Source: Candidatus Heimdallarchaeota archaeon
GTDB lineage: Archaea > Asgardarchaeota > Heimdallarchaeia > Heimdallarchaeales > Heimdallarchaeaceae
Reading direction: 5' to 3'
DNA length: 64,000 nt
NCBI GenBank assembly: GCA_030603365.1
Contig: JAUVXV010000007.1
Span: forward strand, 1 to 64,000
The notes under the pieces are model-generated. The model was given only the letters and a program-made list of their open reading frames with translations. It was not told the origin of the DNA and did not search any database. Position numbers and translations under genes: made by a program. Below are positions 40,387 to 51,267 of this stretch, piece by piece (within the stretch, counting starts at the first letter, position 1; the number at the start of each line of letters is the position of its first letter).

Positions 40387-41124
40387 ATGCATTCAGATTT
40401 TGAAAAACTCTTTAGTCAAGCAGATAATTTTTATAAAAAAGGAAAGTTTCAAGATGCAATAATTCAATTAGATAGAATTTTATCTGTTTCATCTTTAAGG
40501 ATAAAAGAAAAATTAGCTACAAAATTCCTAAAGACTCTCTCCTTAACTCAACAAAAAGAGTATGACAAAGCAATAATTATAGCAGATTCTATTATTGAAG
40601 AGAGTAAAAAGAATAAGCTTGATCTTTACTCAGTGGATGGTATTTTAGCGAAAGCTGCTATTGAAAACGATCGAAGAAAAATGCGCCAGAGCCTTAAGCT
40701 GATTAAGAATGCAGAAAAAATACTTAATGGCATTCAAAATAAATCGCTAGATAGTTTAAGAATTCGGCAATCTAATTTGCTTAAAATTAAGGGGTGGAGT
40801 TATCTATATAATAATCAAATAAGTAAATCTCTTGACTGTTTTGAACAGAGAATCGATTTAAGTAGAAAATCTGGAGATAAATTCGAAATAGGTGAATCAT
40901 TAAACGATACTGGTGTTGCACTAACAATTTTAGGAGAGAGAGATACAGCTTTAAAGTTTCACATGCAAGCCGTGAAACTATTTGAAATGCTAGGTTTGAA
41001 GCGCCATTTGGCAATAACTTACAATTATATCTCAAATATCTATCACAATGGTGGTGCAACTGAAGAAGCTTTAAACTATGAAAGGAAATATAATTCAACC
41101 AGAAATTCAATTAAAGAAAATTAA
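40387..41124 (+). CDS. TPR protein
   Basis: TPR-like units (SLNDTG...ALKFH, TYNYISNIY...ALNY); GGAG SD-like motif upstream. Confidence 0.8.
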   Translation: MHSDFEKLFSQADNFYKKGKFQDAIIQLDRILSVSSLRIKEKLATKFLKTLSLTQQKEYDKAIIIADSIIEESKKNKLDLYSVDGILAKAAIENDRRKMRQSLKLIKNAEKILNGIQNKSLDSLRIRQSNLLKIKGWSYLYNNQISKSLDCFEQRIDLSRKSGDKFEIGESLNDTGVALTILGERDTALKFHMQAVKLFEMLGLKRHLAITYNYISNIYHNGGATEEALNYERKYNSTRNSIKEN

Positions 41125-42632
41125 TTTTTAGCTTTTGTTAGATTTATGGTAAAAACTGAACCCTTTGGAATATTATCTTCAACTGTAATTGATCCACCAT
41201 AAGACTGCAAGACTATTTTTACTAAATACAATCCCATACCGCTAAGCCCTTTGTCAGATCCTCTATAGCCTTGTTGAAAAATAAGTTCCTTTTCTTCATT
41301 AGAAATGCCCTTTCCATTATCTTTTATTTTCACCATAATTTTTCCGTTCTCCTGAATAGTTTCAATTTCCACTTTGACACCTTCTCCACCATGTTGGAAA
41401 GCATTTTGAATCACATTGAAAACAATAGGATAGAGAAGTCTATTGGCATTAACCTTTACATCTTTTGGGAGAGAGATAATTTCAATATTGGTGAAGGATT
41501 CAGTTACATTATAAATAGGGCTCAAATCAATTGGTTGTATTGCTAGAGATCCCAGAAGCATAGATTCGGATTTAAGAGAATCTAACCTTTCTGCAACTGT
41601 GTTAGTTCTTCTAACCACTCTATCTAAATAGTCTTTCTTTCCTGTTTCTAGAAAAAGATCTATACCACTCTGAATAACTACTAAATCGTTGAGTAAATCA
41701 TGTCTTAGTAAAGAAGTAACAGTCACTAAATCTTTAGCAAATACATTCATATCTTCATAGAGTGACTGATATTGTCTTCTTTCTATATCCAATTCTTTCA
41801 CAGAAATTGGTTTTTCATATTTTTCAAATATTGTAATTAAACCGATTAAGAATATCGCGTAACCCACACAATGAAGGTAATCAGAAATCTTCCCTATTTC
41901 GTAAGTATTATCTGCTATAAGGTAACTTTTAGTAGCATCACCAGCAAGCTTGAAAATCCATCCTCCTGCAATTAACAGCCAGAAGTAAGGCTTTCTTATT
42001 TTCCACTGAAGATATACAAAGATGGCAGAAATTGCAAGTATATCTATATCTATAATAATAACAGCAAGTGTGAAAATAAACTGTGCATACTGCCCCTCCT
42101 GAATGAAAACTTGACTGAATTTTGTAATTGCAGGAGAGAGAATAAGTAGAGCAAGAACAGTAATCAACAAGCTAATAAGTTTAACGTTTCTAGAAACATG
42201 TTTTTCTGCAGGTCTAATCTGAGTGATAAGTCGAATATAAAGAGGTAAGAGTCCTACTACGGAAAATATTATAATAGTCATATCTAAAATAGCGAAATTA
42301 TGATCAGACAATATTTCAGAAATTGAATCCAATAGTAAGAAATGAGATAAGACTTCAGAAACAAAGAGAAGAATTAAAGTGATTGTTAAAGGAATCAAGT
42401 ACTTTCTATTTGTTTTATCTTTGCTTCTTGTAAGAAGAATCGCAACAATTACTGCGAAGAGAAGAAAAATACTTTTCAAAACAGGAACATAGAAGAACTT
42501 AACTTCAGGTGTGAAGAAGAGAGGTAGAAAACAGAGAATAAGTGATAAACCTCCTATTATTGAACTAAGGTTCCTCATCCTATTCTCTCTCATATATAAA
42601 GAATCGACAACATTGGTTTTAACTTTAAGCAT
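41121..42632 (-). CDS. Membrane sensor histidine kinase
   Basis: About 8 TMs; H-box RHDLLN, N-box NVIQNAFQHG, DNGKG and GMGLYL. Confidence 0.92.
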   Translation of the reverse strand: MLKVKTNVVDSLYMRENRMRNLSSIIGGLSLILCFLPLFFTPEVKFFYVPVLKSIFLLFAVIVAILLTRSKDKTNRKYLIPLTITLILLFVSEVLSHFLLLDSISEILSDHNFAILDMTIIIFSVVGLLPLYIRLITQIRPAEKHVSRNVKLISLLITVLALLILSPAITKFSQVFIQEGQYAQFIFTLAVIIIDIDILAISAIFVYLQWKIRKPYFWLLIAGGWIFKLAGDATKSYLIADNTYEIGKISDYLHCVGYAIFLIGLITIFEKYEKPISVKELDIERRQYQSLYEDMNVFAKDLVTVTSLLRHDLLNDLVVIQSGIDLFLETGKKDYLDRVVRRTNTVAERLDSLKSESMLLGSLAIQPIDLSPIYNVTESFTNIEIISLPKDVKVNANRLLYPIVFNVIQNAFQHGGEGVKVEIETIQENGKIMVKIKDNGKGISNEEKELIFQQGYRGSDKGLSGMGLYLVKIVLQSYGGSITVEDNIPKGSVFTINLTKAKN

Positions 42633-42715
42633 GAATGCAAGTAGGATTACTAAGCTAACTATGCAAAAATTAATAATGATTCTGAAGAATTTACCACATC
42701 TAAAAGTGAGAAAAA

Positions 42716-44047
42716 ATGAAAAAGCGTTATAGACATCTAATTGAAGCTGTTTCTATTTTAGCTTTTATTGGCTTAGTTGGGATTCTTCCTCTTTGGCTTT
42801 TATCTGAAAAACCTCAATCAATAGAGATTAACTCAGATAAAGATTTTCAGAAGTATAATTTTCCAGGAGATGGAAGTTTTGTTAATCCTTACATCATAGA
42901 AAACTTAACAATTTCAGAACAATTGAAACGAGGAATTTCAATTACTAATACAAATAAATATTTCATCATTAGAAATTGTTACATTTATGGAAATCTTCTC
43001 AATGGAATACGTTTAGATACAATTGCAGCGGGTACAGGGTTGATCTTTAATAATACCATCCAAGAACACAGCCAAGCAGGAATTCTAATTTCAACAAGCA
43101 ATAACATCTCAATTATTGACAATATTATTATTGAAAGTAAATACAAAATATGGTTGAATAACTCGGATTATTGTTGGATCTCAAACAATTATTTATTTGC
43201 ATATAGGCCTCCTTTAGGACAGTATGATATTTGGTACAGAGGGATATATTCAGTAAATTCGTTTTTTACTAGAATAGACTATAATACCATCCAGAATACC
43301 GCTTTTGGTATGTATATCTCTAATGGTGATAATAGTATTATATATGGGAATTTAATTCAATCAGCAACCCAAATCGGAATTTACTTATCCGAAAGCACAG
43401 ACTGTAATATCACATCTACTACTTGTTTAGATAGTTATGTTGATAGTTTTAGTCTACGTAATTCTAATTCCAACCTTATTCAGTATAGCTCTTCTCTTAA
43501 TGGTCTTCGAGGTTTGAAATTAAAGGAAAGTGATGAAAACACTATAAGTTATTGTATCTTCGATGAAAATGATATTGCAATCCTTCTAGAAGAAAACAGT
43601 CGATCTAATCTGATATCATTTACCGAATTTACAAGTAATTCTGAAGTAGCTATTCAATTGAATCAGGGAAGAGACAATATTATTCATCATAATTCCTTCA
43701 TAGATAATAATAATTCAGTAGAATACCAAGTAGAAGATCATAGTACCAATAATACGTGGTATGATGAAGTGAGCTCTGAAGGTAATTACTGGCATGGTTG
43801 GAACAGCTCTCTTCCTTATCAGATACCTGGCAGTGTAAACAGTTCTGATCCTTATCCATTAAGTGAGCCTATAGTTCTATTTCCATCTGAACTTATATCA
43901 AAACTTTATCCCAAAAAGACTTTTAATCTTGAAGAATTTTTCAGAGTTAGTGAATTATATCATGACAGATGGAAAAGTTCATCGTATATCAATGAAAGAT
44001 GTTGTTTTCAAAGCAGACCCAGAAAATCCTGCAGTATTAAAAATTAA
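42716..44047 (+). CDS. NosD-like right-handed beta-helix surface protein
   Basis: N-terminal TM, FPGDGS..NPYIIEN, parallel beta-helix repeats, GNYW...DPYPL. Confidence 0.85.
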   Translation: MKKRYRHLIEAVSILAFIGLVGILPLWLLSEKPQSIEINSDKDFQKYNFPGDGSFVNPYIIENLTISEQLKRGISITNTNKYFIIRNCYIYGNLLNGIRLDTIAAGTGLIFNNTIQEHSQAGILISTSNNISIIDNIIIESKYKIWLNNSDYCWISNNYLFAYRPPLGQYDIWYRGIYSVNSFFTRIDYNTIQNTAFGMYISNGDNSIIYGNLIQSATQIGIYLSESTDCNITSTTCLDSYVDSFSLRNSNSNLIQYSSSLNGLRGLKLKESDENTISYCIFDENDIAILLEENSRSNLISFTEFTSNSEVAIQLNQGRDNIIHHNSFIDNNNSVEYQVEDHSTNNTWYDEVSSEGNYWHGWNSSLPYQIPGSVNSSDPYPLSEPIVLFPSELISKLYPKKTFNLEEFFRVSELYHDRWKSSSYINERCCFQSRPRKSCSIKN

Positions 44048-44864
44048 CTCTGGAGATACTGTTGTCTTTGAATGTAGAGATGCTTTCAATCAAACTATTC
44101 AAAAACCTGAAGACCTTCCTATCAATTTTGATATGGAAAAAATTAATCCCGCAACAGGTCCTGTGTATGTAAATGATGCTGAATCAGGAGATACCCTAGA
44201 GGTTCATATCCTAAAATTGGATGTAGCTGATCAAGGATCTTGTTGTATTATTCCGAACTTTGGTTTTCTCGCTAAAGAATTTACAGAGCCTTGGACAAGA
44301 ATAATTCCTATAAAAGATGGTTACGCTGAATTCAGTGATAAGGTAAAGATTCCAATTGATCCTTTTCCAGGTACTATAATTGTTGCTCCTTCTAAGGTAA
44401 CTCATAATCATGGAACTCTCATTCCCAAAGAATATGGTGGGAACATGGATTCAAGAGCTTGCACAGCTGGAACAATAGTCTATCTCCCAATATTTGTTGA
44501 AGGTGCATTGTTTGGTGTAGGAGATGTTCATGCGGTTCAAGGAGATGGAGAAGTGTGCGGAACAGCTGTAGAGATAGATGCAGATGTAACAATCAAATTA
44601 GTCGTAAATAAACAAAAGAAAATAAAGCGACCCCAATATGAAACTGACGAGTTCTTCATGACTACTGCTTGGGGAGAAACAACTGACGAAGCATGTAAGA
44701 TAGCTTTGAGAGATATGATTGAGTGGATTGTAGAAGAAAAGGGATTAACTCGAGAAGAAGCTTATGCTTTATGTAGCTGTGTAGTTGATATGAGAATCAG
44801 TCAACTAGTTGATATAACTCCTGGTGTTCGTGCCGTTATATCTAAAACCGTATTTGTTGATTAA
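43962..44864 (+). CDS. Acetamidase/formamidase family protein
   Basis: NPATGPVYV, GGNMD and GDVHAVQGDGEVCGTAVE. ATG 43962 chosen as start. Confidence 0.92.
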   Translation: MTDGKVHRISMKDVVFKADPENPAVLKINSGDTVVFECRDAFNQTIQKPEDLPINFDMEKINPATGPVYVNDAESGDTLEVHILKLDVADQGSCCIIPNFGFLAKEFTEPWTRIIPIKDGYAEFSDKVKIPIDPFPGTIIVAPSKVTHNHGTLIPKEYGGNMDSRACTAGTIVYLPIFVEGALFGVGDVHAVQGDGEVCGTAVEIDADVTIKLVVNKQKKIKRPQYETDEFFMTTAWGETTDEACKIALRDMIEWIVEEKGLTREEAYALCSCVVDMRISQLVDITPGVRAVISKTVFVD

Positions 44865-44875
44865 GAGCTAAGATT

Positions 44876-45931
44876 ATGTCTAATTTAAAAGTGGAATTAT
44901 CTGAAGATTTAGTAAAAGATGTGTTTACTAATTACTATAATTTAGGTGAGATAACCTATGTTACAGATCTTGAATCAGGGCATGAGAGTGATAATGTTAA
45001 AGTAACCACTTCTACTGGTGATTATGTTCTCAAACTTCTTTTTCATGAACTAGATATTATTGAAGACAAAATGAATCTAAGTGAAATACTATCTTCATTT
45101 GGTGTTAAAATTCCCATTCCAATACGAACTAAAACAAATGGATGGGTTGTAAACTATGATGAGAACAATCTACTTGTTGTTCACACATTTATACCTGGTG
45201 AGTCTATCTATAGAGATGATAAGGAAGAAATGTATAGCAATATGAAATGGTTTGGAAAACAATTTGGAATATTTCATTACAATTCTAAAAAAATACCTCT
45301 GGAAATAATACAACAACGAGTAAAAAACAAAAAACTATATGAGCTGTCTCTCCCTCCAGGGGAATGGATAGGCGAACAATATAACAATTCAGAAACTATT
45401 TTACCGGAACATGAAAAAAACAATAGAATATTAGAGCTTTTTGAAGAATTCATTCAAAAATCTCAAGAGTTGAAATTAGCTAACTTATCAACAGGTATAA
45501 TCCATGGTGATCTCTTTCCAGGAAACTTCTTGATGGAAAATGGCAAACTTACAGGTATTATTGATTTTGGAGGAGCTAATTTCTACTACTTGATGGCTGA
45601 TTTGGGAACATGGGTGTTGTATACTACTCTTTATGATCTTGAGGTGAAAGAGAGATTCCAAGATTTCATAATTCCATATCTTGAGTATTCCAAAGTCTCT
45701 GTTGATGAGCTAAAAACTATAACTTTTTTCTTTAGAGCAAGAGCTTTTGTTCAATATTTCTACTTTGCTTATCGGATTAATAATAATATCACACAAGGAA
45801 ATTTTGAGGAAATTGGAGAAGACAATTGGAAGGGTTTTACAGATGGGATTTTTCTTGTAGAAGCTGCAACTGATTTAGTTGACAATTACTTCTATGATGT
45901 AGCAATTCAAGCTATAAATGAACACCAATGA
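44876..45931 (+). CDS. APH/homoserine kinase type II-like phosphotransferase
   Basis: YVLK, IHGDLFPGN and GIIDFG. Confidence 0.88.
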   Translation: MSNLKVELSEDLVKDVFTNYYNLGEITYVTDLESGHESDNVKVTTSTGDYVLKLLFHELDIIEDKMNLSEILSSFGVKIPIPIRTKTNGWVVNYDENNLLVVHTFIPGESIYRDDKEEMYSNMKWFGKQFGIFHYNSKKIPLEIIQQRVKNKKLYELSLPPGEWIGEQYNNSETILPEHEKNNRILELFEEFIQKSQELKLANLSTGIIHGDLFPGNFLMENGKLTGIIDFGGANFYYLMADLGTWVLYTTLYDLEVKERFQDFIIPYLEYSKVSVDELKTITFFFRARAFVQYFYFAYRINNNITQGNFEEIGEDNWKGFTDGIFLVEAATDLVDNYFYDVAIQAINEHQ

Positions 45932-45988
45932 TTTCTCTTTTGTCAGAAATCTTTTTAATTTCTGTGAGAATCTTTTAAGGATGATTAT

Positions 45989-46816
45989 ATGACAAATAAA
46001 GAAAAAGAAATTCTAGATGCAATCGAGTATTCAATGTTTATGTATCCCGGAATTGAAGGAGTTTTAGATGAATACAAACATGATTCGATTAAGGGTTATG
46101 TTTGTCCTGCAGTAGATTATGAGGAATACAACCGTGTTGGAATGTCTCGTTTAACAGAGGAACAAACAGAGGAAGCAATTAAAGAGGTTTTATCTCATTA
46201 CAAATCATTAGGACTTACATCAGTAGGATGGCTCCTATCCCCTCAGTCACAACCTAGCAATCTTGAAAAGAGATTAGTAGATTCTGGATTCAAAAAAGAA
46301 ATACCTATACTGGGTATGGTTAGATCAACAGCAGAGAAACTAGAAATCAATATGACTGATGAATTTGAAATAAAAAAATACGAAGAGGAAGAAGCGATAA
46401 AACTGTTGAAAAATCCTGAAATTCAATATGTCTATGAAAAAGCATATGGGACTCCTGAAGGTGCTTCTCAAATAATGAATTATGTAGGAGATATGTTTAG
46501 AGATATTAATTATACAATTTATGTTGCTCATGATAAAAAAACAGATAAACCAGTAGCATTTGGAGCTATTTCATATGTTCCCAATACCAACTGTGCAGTG
46601 CTAAATGGAGCTGCTACTCTTCCAGAGTATAGAAAAAGAGGAATCTATTCAACACTATTGCAATTGAGATATGATCAAGCTAAAAATGATGGAATTGAAC
46701 ACCTATTAATTCAAGCTAAGGAAGAAACATCTGCTCCTATTGCCGCTAAAAACGGTTTTGAGAAAGTTTGTGAAATACCTATGTATGTATGGAGAGCAGA
46801 GAAAACTGAGCAATAA
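45989..46816 (+). CDS. GNAT acetyltransferase
   Basis: GAATLPEYRKRGIYS...GF. Confidence 0.88.
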   Translation: MTNKEKEILDAIEYSMFMYPGIEGVLDEYKHDSIKGYVCPAVDYEEYNRVGMSRLTEEQTEEAIKEVLSHYKSLGLTSVGWLLSPQSQPSNLEKRLVDSGFKKEIPILGMVRSTAEKLEINMTDEFEIKKYEEEEAIKLLKNPEIQYVYEKAYGTPEGASQIMNYVGDMFRDINYTIYVAHDKKTDKPVAFGAISYVPNTNCAVLNGAATLPEYRKRGIYSTLLQLRYDQAKNDGIEHLLIQAKEETSAPIAAKNGFEKVCEIPMYVWRAEKTEQ

Positions 46817-46878
46817 CACTTTTTTTTTCTATTTTTATCGATTGAAGCTCTAAAAAAATGATGTAAAAGTTCACTTTG

Positions 46879-47904
46879 CTATCTGATCAATTTTAGACCC
46901 AATAAGTGCACTGTCTCAATAATAGTGAAGTCATAGTCTAAGCACACAGTTTTTTGATCTTCATCGGAAGTTCTAAGTTCTACAATTGTGTTTTGCTTAA
47001 ATGTAAAATTATTCTTAACATAGATGAGACCATAAGTCAACAGAGGTTTGGTTAATAATTCTCTATGATCTGGATCAAGCATTAATTCGACTCTATGAGG
47101 AGAACCTTCTTTACGTGCAAGATATACATAGAGTGTTCCAATAAGGGCATCTTCACGATGGATAGTCCATTGACTGATTTTCATCTTAATGAAGAGTTTG
47201 ACTAAAGGGCGGATCAACCTAATTAATAATGGCTTATGATATTTCTTCTTGCTAATAGGTTGGAAAATTTGAGTTTCCTCAGGAGTAGATCTAATATCCA
47301 ATTCATAACGACTTTGATTAGTTTTTTTGTTTCTCTTTAGTTCTCCAAAATCATATCCTTTTGGTAAGATTATTGGAACAATTGAAGATAATTTTTCGTG
47401 CTCCAATTTGTATCTCGAAACACTATCATAATGAACAAATTCGAGACTTTTATACAAGTTGTATGCTGGCCTATTTATATCCTTAACTTCTAGAACACAT
47501 AGTTTAGCTCCTAATTCCTTTGCATGATCAACTGCTAGTGTAACAAGTTTTCTAGCTAGTCCTTTTCTTCGATAATCTGGATGAGTTGCAACCATTGATA
47601 TTTCCCAATGATAGATACTATAACTAAGATTAACTGAAGCTATGATTCGTCCCTCAGAATTTTCAATTACAAAACCATCTAAAGTGTGTTTGAAATCTTT
47701 ATTGAATAAACCCATAATCTTGAAGAATGGTAGTAGTGATTTATATTCATCAAAAACATTTTTCATTTCCAATCCTTTAGATTCTAGTTCTTCCTCAAAA
47801 ACTAATTCGAGTAGCTCTGAAACCTTCTCATGGTCTTCTTCGAAATCCCAAGTTCGTAAAGTTAGTTCCTCATCATCGATTTCTAGCTTTTCTTCATAAG
47901 ACAT
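46879..47904 (-). CDS. GNAT acetyltransferase (tandem GNAT-like)
   Basis: VATHPDYRRKGLA...N.PA.NLYKSLEF. Confidence 0.88.
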   Translation of the reverse strand: MSYEEKLEIDDEELTLRTWDFEEDHEKVSELLELVFEEELESKGLEMKNVFDEYKSLLPFFKIMGLFNKDFKHTLDGFVIENSEGRIIASVNLSYSIYHWEISMVATHPDYRRKGLARKLVTLAVDHAKELGAKLCVLEVKDINRPAYNLYKSLEFVHYDSVSRYKLEHEKLSSIVPIILPKGYDFGELKRNKKTNQSRYELDIRSTPEETQIFQPISKKKYHKPLLIRLIRPLVKLFIKMKISQWTIHREDALIGTLYVYLARKEGSPHRVELMLDPDHRELLTKPLLTYGLIYVKNNFTFKQNTIVELRTSDEDQKTVCLDYDFTIIETVHLLGLKLIR

Positions 47905-48066
47905 ATTTACACCTTGAAATACTATAACTACGTTATCTCTGAACAGGCACTATTAAGTTGTTTTACTACCAATCAGTTTAATTTTAATACAAAATAGTAA
48001 ATAGTTTGAATCTTCTAGCTTACTGATAGAAGTAACAGTTTTATACTATTTCAGAAAAGAACTATC

Positions 48067-49650
48067 ATGGCTGAGAGAATCATCTCCTTTGATATCCTTA
48101 GAGGTTGGGCTATACTAGGCAACTTACTGGTACATACTTTTATGATAGTAAGTCAGATACAAGGTCAAGCTGAATCAAGTCCAGGTGATTTAACCTTAAT
48201 TGGTTTTATCATAATGGGTCTAATAGTCGTTTTTGGTCATTGGAGAGGATTGTTCTTACTTATCAGTGCAGCAGTTCATATGCTTATGATGCAAATGAAG
48301 TACAAACGTGGTGTTAGAAGAGGAGTGATTCTTGTTCAAGAATTAATGAAAGGATTTCTTCTATGGCTTTGGTCAATGTTCTTCTATGTATTTCTAGCCC
48401 AATGGGGACCTTCCAAAGCATGGGCTGAACAGAGAGGTGTTAATATACAATGGGAGAATATCTATCATGCAGACCAATTTGCTAATATTGCTTGGGCTAT
48501 AATGATTTCTGCAGTAATTTATTTCATATTGACATCTCATGAAAAACTCAGAAAGCCATTAGTTATGTCAGCTGTTTTTGCAGTTGTTGGACTCTTATTT
48601 GTTTTCCCAGCTCCAATTATTCATGAAGCTGCAAGAGATTTCTGGATGGTAGATCTACATGAAAATATACCATCCCAATATACAGGATTCTTTGGAGCAT
48701 TAAATTATAACGGGTGGAAGGGATATTTTGATAATATCGGATTTACGGGTACGTGGGACTATGTAGTTCGATATAGAGGAGGGCATCTAAGTTATATAGG
48801 AGAGAAAGGATGGTGGGATTATATTCTAAGAATGATTGGAAACCAGTTTAATGCTCGAGAATCTCCTCTTCTTCCACATTTTGCTTATAGTGCTGTAGGT
48901 TCAATTTTGGGTATATACATTTCTCAAGATAAGAAACCTGACAAGAAAAAATTCCTTTCTTGGGGTTACGGACTTGCAGGAGGAAGCATCGCATTTGGAG
49001 CGTTTTGGTTATTTGCTGTTAGTAAGATTCCTGAAGATCCATTCATGCTTGTAGATTTTCATATTCATCCAACTTGGTTTGTCTTCGTGACAATTGGAAT
49101 GTTACTATTTGTTATACTAGGTTTACTGCATGGTCATGAGTTTAGCAGAAAGGTTAATTGGAAAAGAAGACTAAAGTGGTCTCGATTCAGCAGACGAGTG
49201 GGGTTTCTATCTCTCTCAGTTTATTCTTTTGCTTCAATTCAAGCAGTTTTTAGAGTAATATATGGAAGTATTTTTCCAAATCAAGGATTTAGGACAGCTT
49301 TTGGACTCAATCTAGGATTTACTATTCTGTTGATAGCAACTGAATTTGTATTTTGGTTTGGAATTTTATGGTTATGGGAGAAATGGCATTTCAATTTATC
49401 AGGGGAATGGTTATTTGCACTCATACTCAAACGACCTTCTCAGAGAAAACAAGAAAATAAACCTAAACTATTTGGAGATTTTCTAGATGTGAAAGGAAGA
49501 GTAATTGAAGTCACTCCTATTCATTGGGTAGATCCTTTACTAACTGAAGAAAGAGAAGAAATAGGAAAAATCAGAGCAACAATTCACAAAATAAAGTTCA
49601 AGAAGAACAATGTAACATCATCTACAGCTACCGCGAGTCAGAATACTTAA
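48067..49650 (+). CDS. Polytopic membrane protein, DUF1624/acyltransferase-like
   Basis: RIISFDILRGWAI N-terminal motif, G..SLSVY motif, many TMs. Confidence 0.7.
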   Translation: MAERIISFDILRGWAILGNLLVHTFMIVSQIQGQAESSPGDLTLIGFIIMGLIVVFGHWRGLFLLISAAVHMLMMQMKYKRGVRRGVILVQELMKGFLLWLWSMFFYVFLAQWGPSKAWAEQRGVNIQWENIYHADQFANIAWAIMISAVIYFILTSHEKLRKPLVMSAVFAVVGLLFVFPAPIIHEAARDFWMVDLHENIPSQYTGFFGALNYNGWKGYFDNIGFTGTWDYVVRYRGGHLSYIGEKGWWDYILRMIGNQFNARESPLLPHFAYSAVGSILGIYISQDKKPDKKKFLSWGYGLAGGSIAFGAFWLFAVSKIPEDPFMLVDFHIHPTWFVFVTIGMLLFVILGLLHGHEFSRKVNWKRRLKWSRFSRRVGFLSLSVYSFASIQAVFRVIYGSIFPNQGFRTAFGLNLGFTILLIATEFVFWFGILWLWEKWHFNLSGEWLFALILKRPSQRKQENKPKLFGDFLDVKGRVIEVTPIHWVDPLLTEEREEIGKIRATIHKIKFKKNNVTSSTATASQNT

Positions 49651-49682
49651 AAAGAATCTTACTTACTTAGTAATTGAAATAA

Positions 49683-51224
49683 ATGAAGAAGAAGGTAAGA
49701 AGTTACCTCATTATTTTTCTACTCATAACTGTTCTTTTCCTTTCATTTTCTATCAAAGAAAAAACAACTGGCAGAGTTTTTCTACCAGATGATGAATTGA
49801 ATAGTATTACTCTAACTATTTTAACCAGACATGATATAACTATCACAAGTGAGTTTACTTCCAGATTTCTAGCAACACCTGAAGCAATTGCTTTAGACAT
49901 TACAGCATTAGACTTTAGATATGCAACTACAGATGATGGTTGGAAAAAACTTCTCGAAGATCCTTCAAAATCTGTTGACCTTGCATGGGGAGGAGGTCCT
50001 GCTGTATTCACTAAAATGGATGATTTAGGACTACTTTATCACATTAATTCAGTAGCAGATGCCGAATTATTTACAGCTATTAATGAAAGTGTTCCTAACA
50101 CTTTAGCTGGTTCTTTAATGAAAAGCTTCAGTGACACTGGTGATATAATCTGGGCTGCTAATACTATATCTTCTTTTGGTTTTACAGTCAATCATGACTA
50201 CTTAGACACATATGGTCTACCTATTCCACAAACTTGGGAAGAACTTGCTAGTCCAGTTTATTACATAGATAATAGTGAAAAAGCAATTGCTATGGGTGAT
50301 CCACCTTTGACAACTTCTAACACTAGAATTTACCAAATCATTCTTCAGGCATTTGGTTGGGAAGATGGATGGCAGATACTAACCAGAATGGGTGCTAATG
50401 CAGGTATTTATCCTGGATCTGTTGATACCAGAGCTGCTGTAGTCTCAGGAGAAGTCGGTATAGCAATGACTATAGATTTCTATGGCGTGATAGCTCATCG
50501 AGAGAACCCCAATTGCGAGTATATCATTCCTGAAGGTCAATCAATGATTAGCGGAGACCCAATCGCAATGGGAATCAATGTTGACCACTATGATGCTGCA
50601 GCAGCTTTCATGAAGTTTGTTTTTTCTCCTGAAGGTCAAACTGCATGGATGGTTCCAGGTCTAGACCGTCTTCCAGTCAATGAATCTGCTTTTCATACTC
50701 CTGAAGGTTCAACTTATATTGAATTATATGAGCTTTATAATCAAACATTATTGAATTATGGAATAATGTTTGACGAAACTCTTGCAGTAGCTAACTTAGA
50801 CACAACAATTTATTATTTCCATAATACAATTCAACAAAAACATACTTTATTGAGATCAGCATGGGGAGAGATGGTAACTCAATTTCGCGATGGAAATATT
50901 AGTGCTACAGAGTTCATCAGCTTGGTGGATATTCTTGGATTTCCGGGTATGACATTACAAGAATCTATTGATTGGAATACTCAGTATCAGTCTGATCCAA
51001 CGTTTGCGGCAGAAAAAGATTCAGGATGGAGAATTTATGCAGAAACACAATATAATACTATACTCGATTATTTCATAGTTGAAACACCCACTCCAACACC
51101 AACGCCAACACCAACGCCAACGCCAACAGAAACTGAAACTACTCCACCTACAACTATAGTGACGATTGGCATACTCATGAGTGTAATTTCATTATTCATT
51201 ATAAGAAAGAAACAGAAAAAATAA
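49683..51224 (+). CDS. ABC extracellular solute-binding protein (Fe/thiamine-type fold), C-terminally anchored
   Basis: DLAWGGG, PQTWEELA.P, DP..TS, GE..IAMTIDFYG and PEGQ motifs; PT linker, TM and basic tail. Confidence 0.85.
   Translation: MKKKVRSYLIIFLLITVLFLSFSIKEKTTGRVFLPDDELNSITLTILTRHDITITSEFTSRFLATPEAIALDITALDFRYATTDDGWKKLLEDPSKSVDLAWGGGPAVFTKMDDLGLLYHINSVADAELFTAINESVPNTLAGSLMKSFSDTGDIIWAANTISSFGFTVNHDYLDTYGLPIPQTWEELASPVYYIDNSEKAIAMGDPPLTTSNTRIYQIILQAFGWEDGWQILTRMGANAGIYPGSVDTRAAVVSGEVGIAMTIDFYGVIAHRENPNCEYIIPEGQSMISGDPIAMGINVDHYDAAAAFMKFVFSPEGQTAWMVPGLDRLPVNESAFHTPEGSTYIELYELYNQTLLNYGIMFDETLAVANLDTTIYYFHNTIQQKHTLLRSAWGEMVTQFRDGNISATEFISLVDILGFPGMTLQESIDWNTQYQSDPTFAAEKDSGWRIYAETQYNTILDYFIVETPTPTPTPTPTPTPTETETTPPTTIVTIGILMSVISLFIIRKKQKK
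51084..51128 (+). repeat. ACNCCN microsatellite encoding a (TP)7 linker
   Basis: aca ccc act cca aca cca acg cca... inside the solute-binding protein gene. Confidence 0.8.
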
Positions 51225-51267
51225 TTGGGACTAATACTAGTCCTTTTTTTATTGATTCAAAAAGCAA

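Noticed and set aside
47920-47940. TATAA-CTACG-TTATC, a second dif-like candidate
   Set aside because: 5-bp spacer and non-complementary outer arms; more likely promoter sequence.
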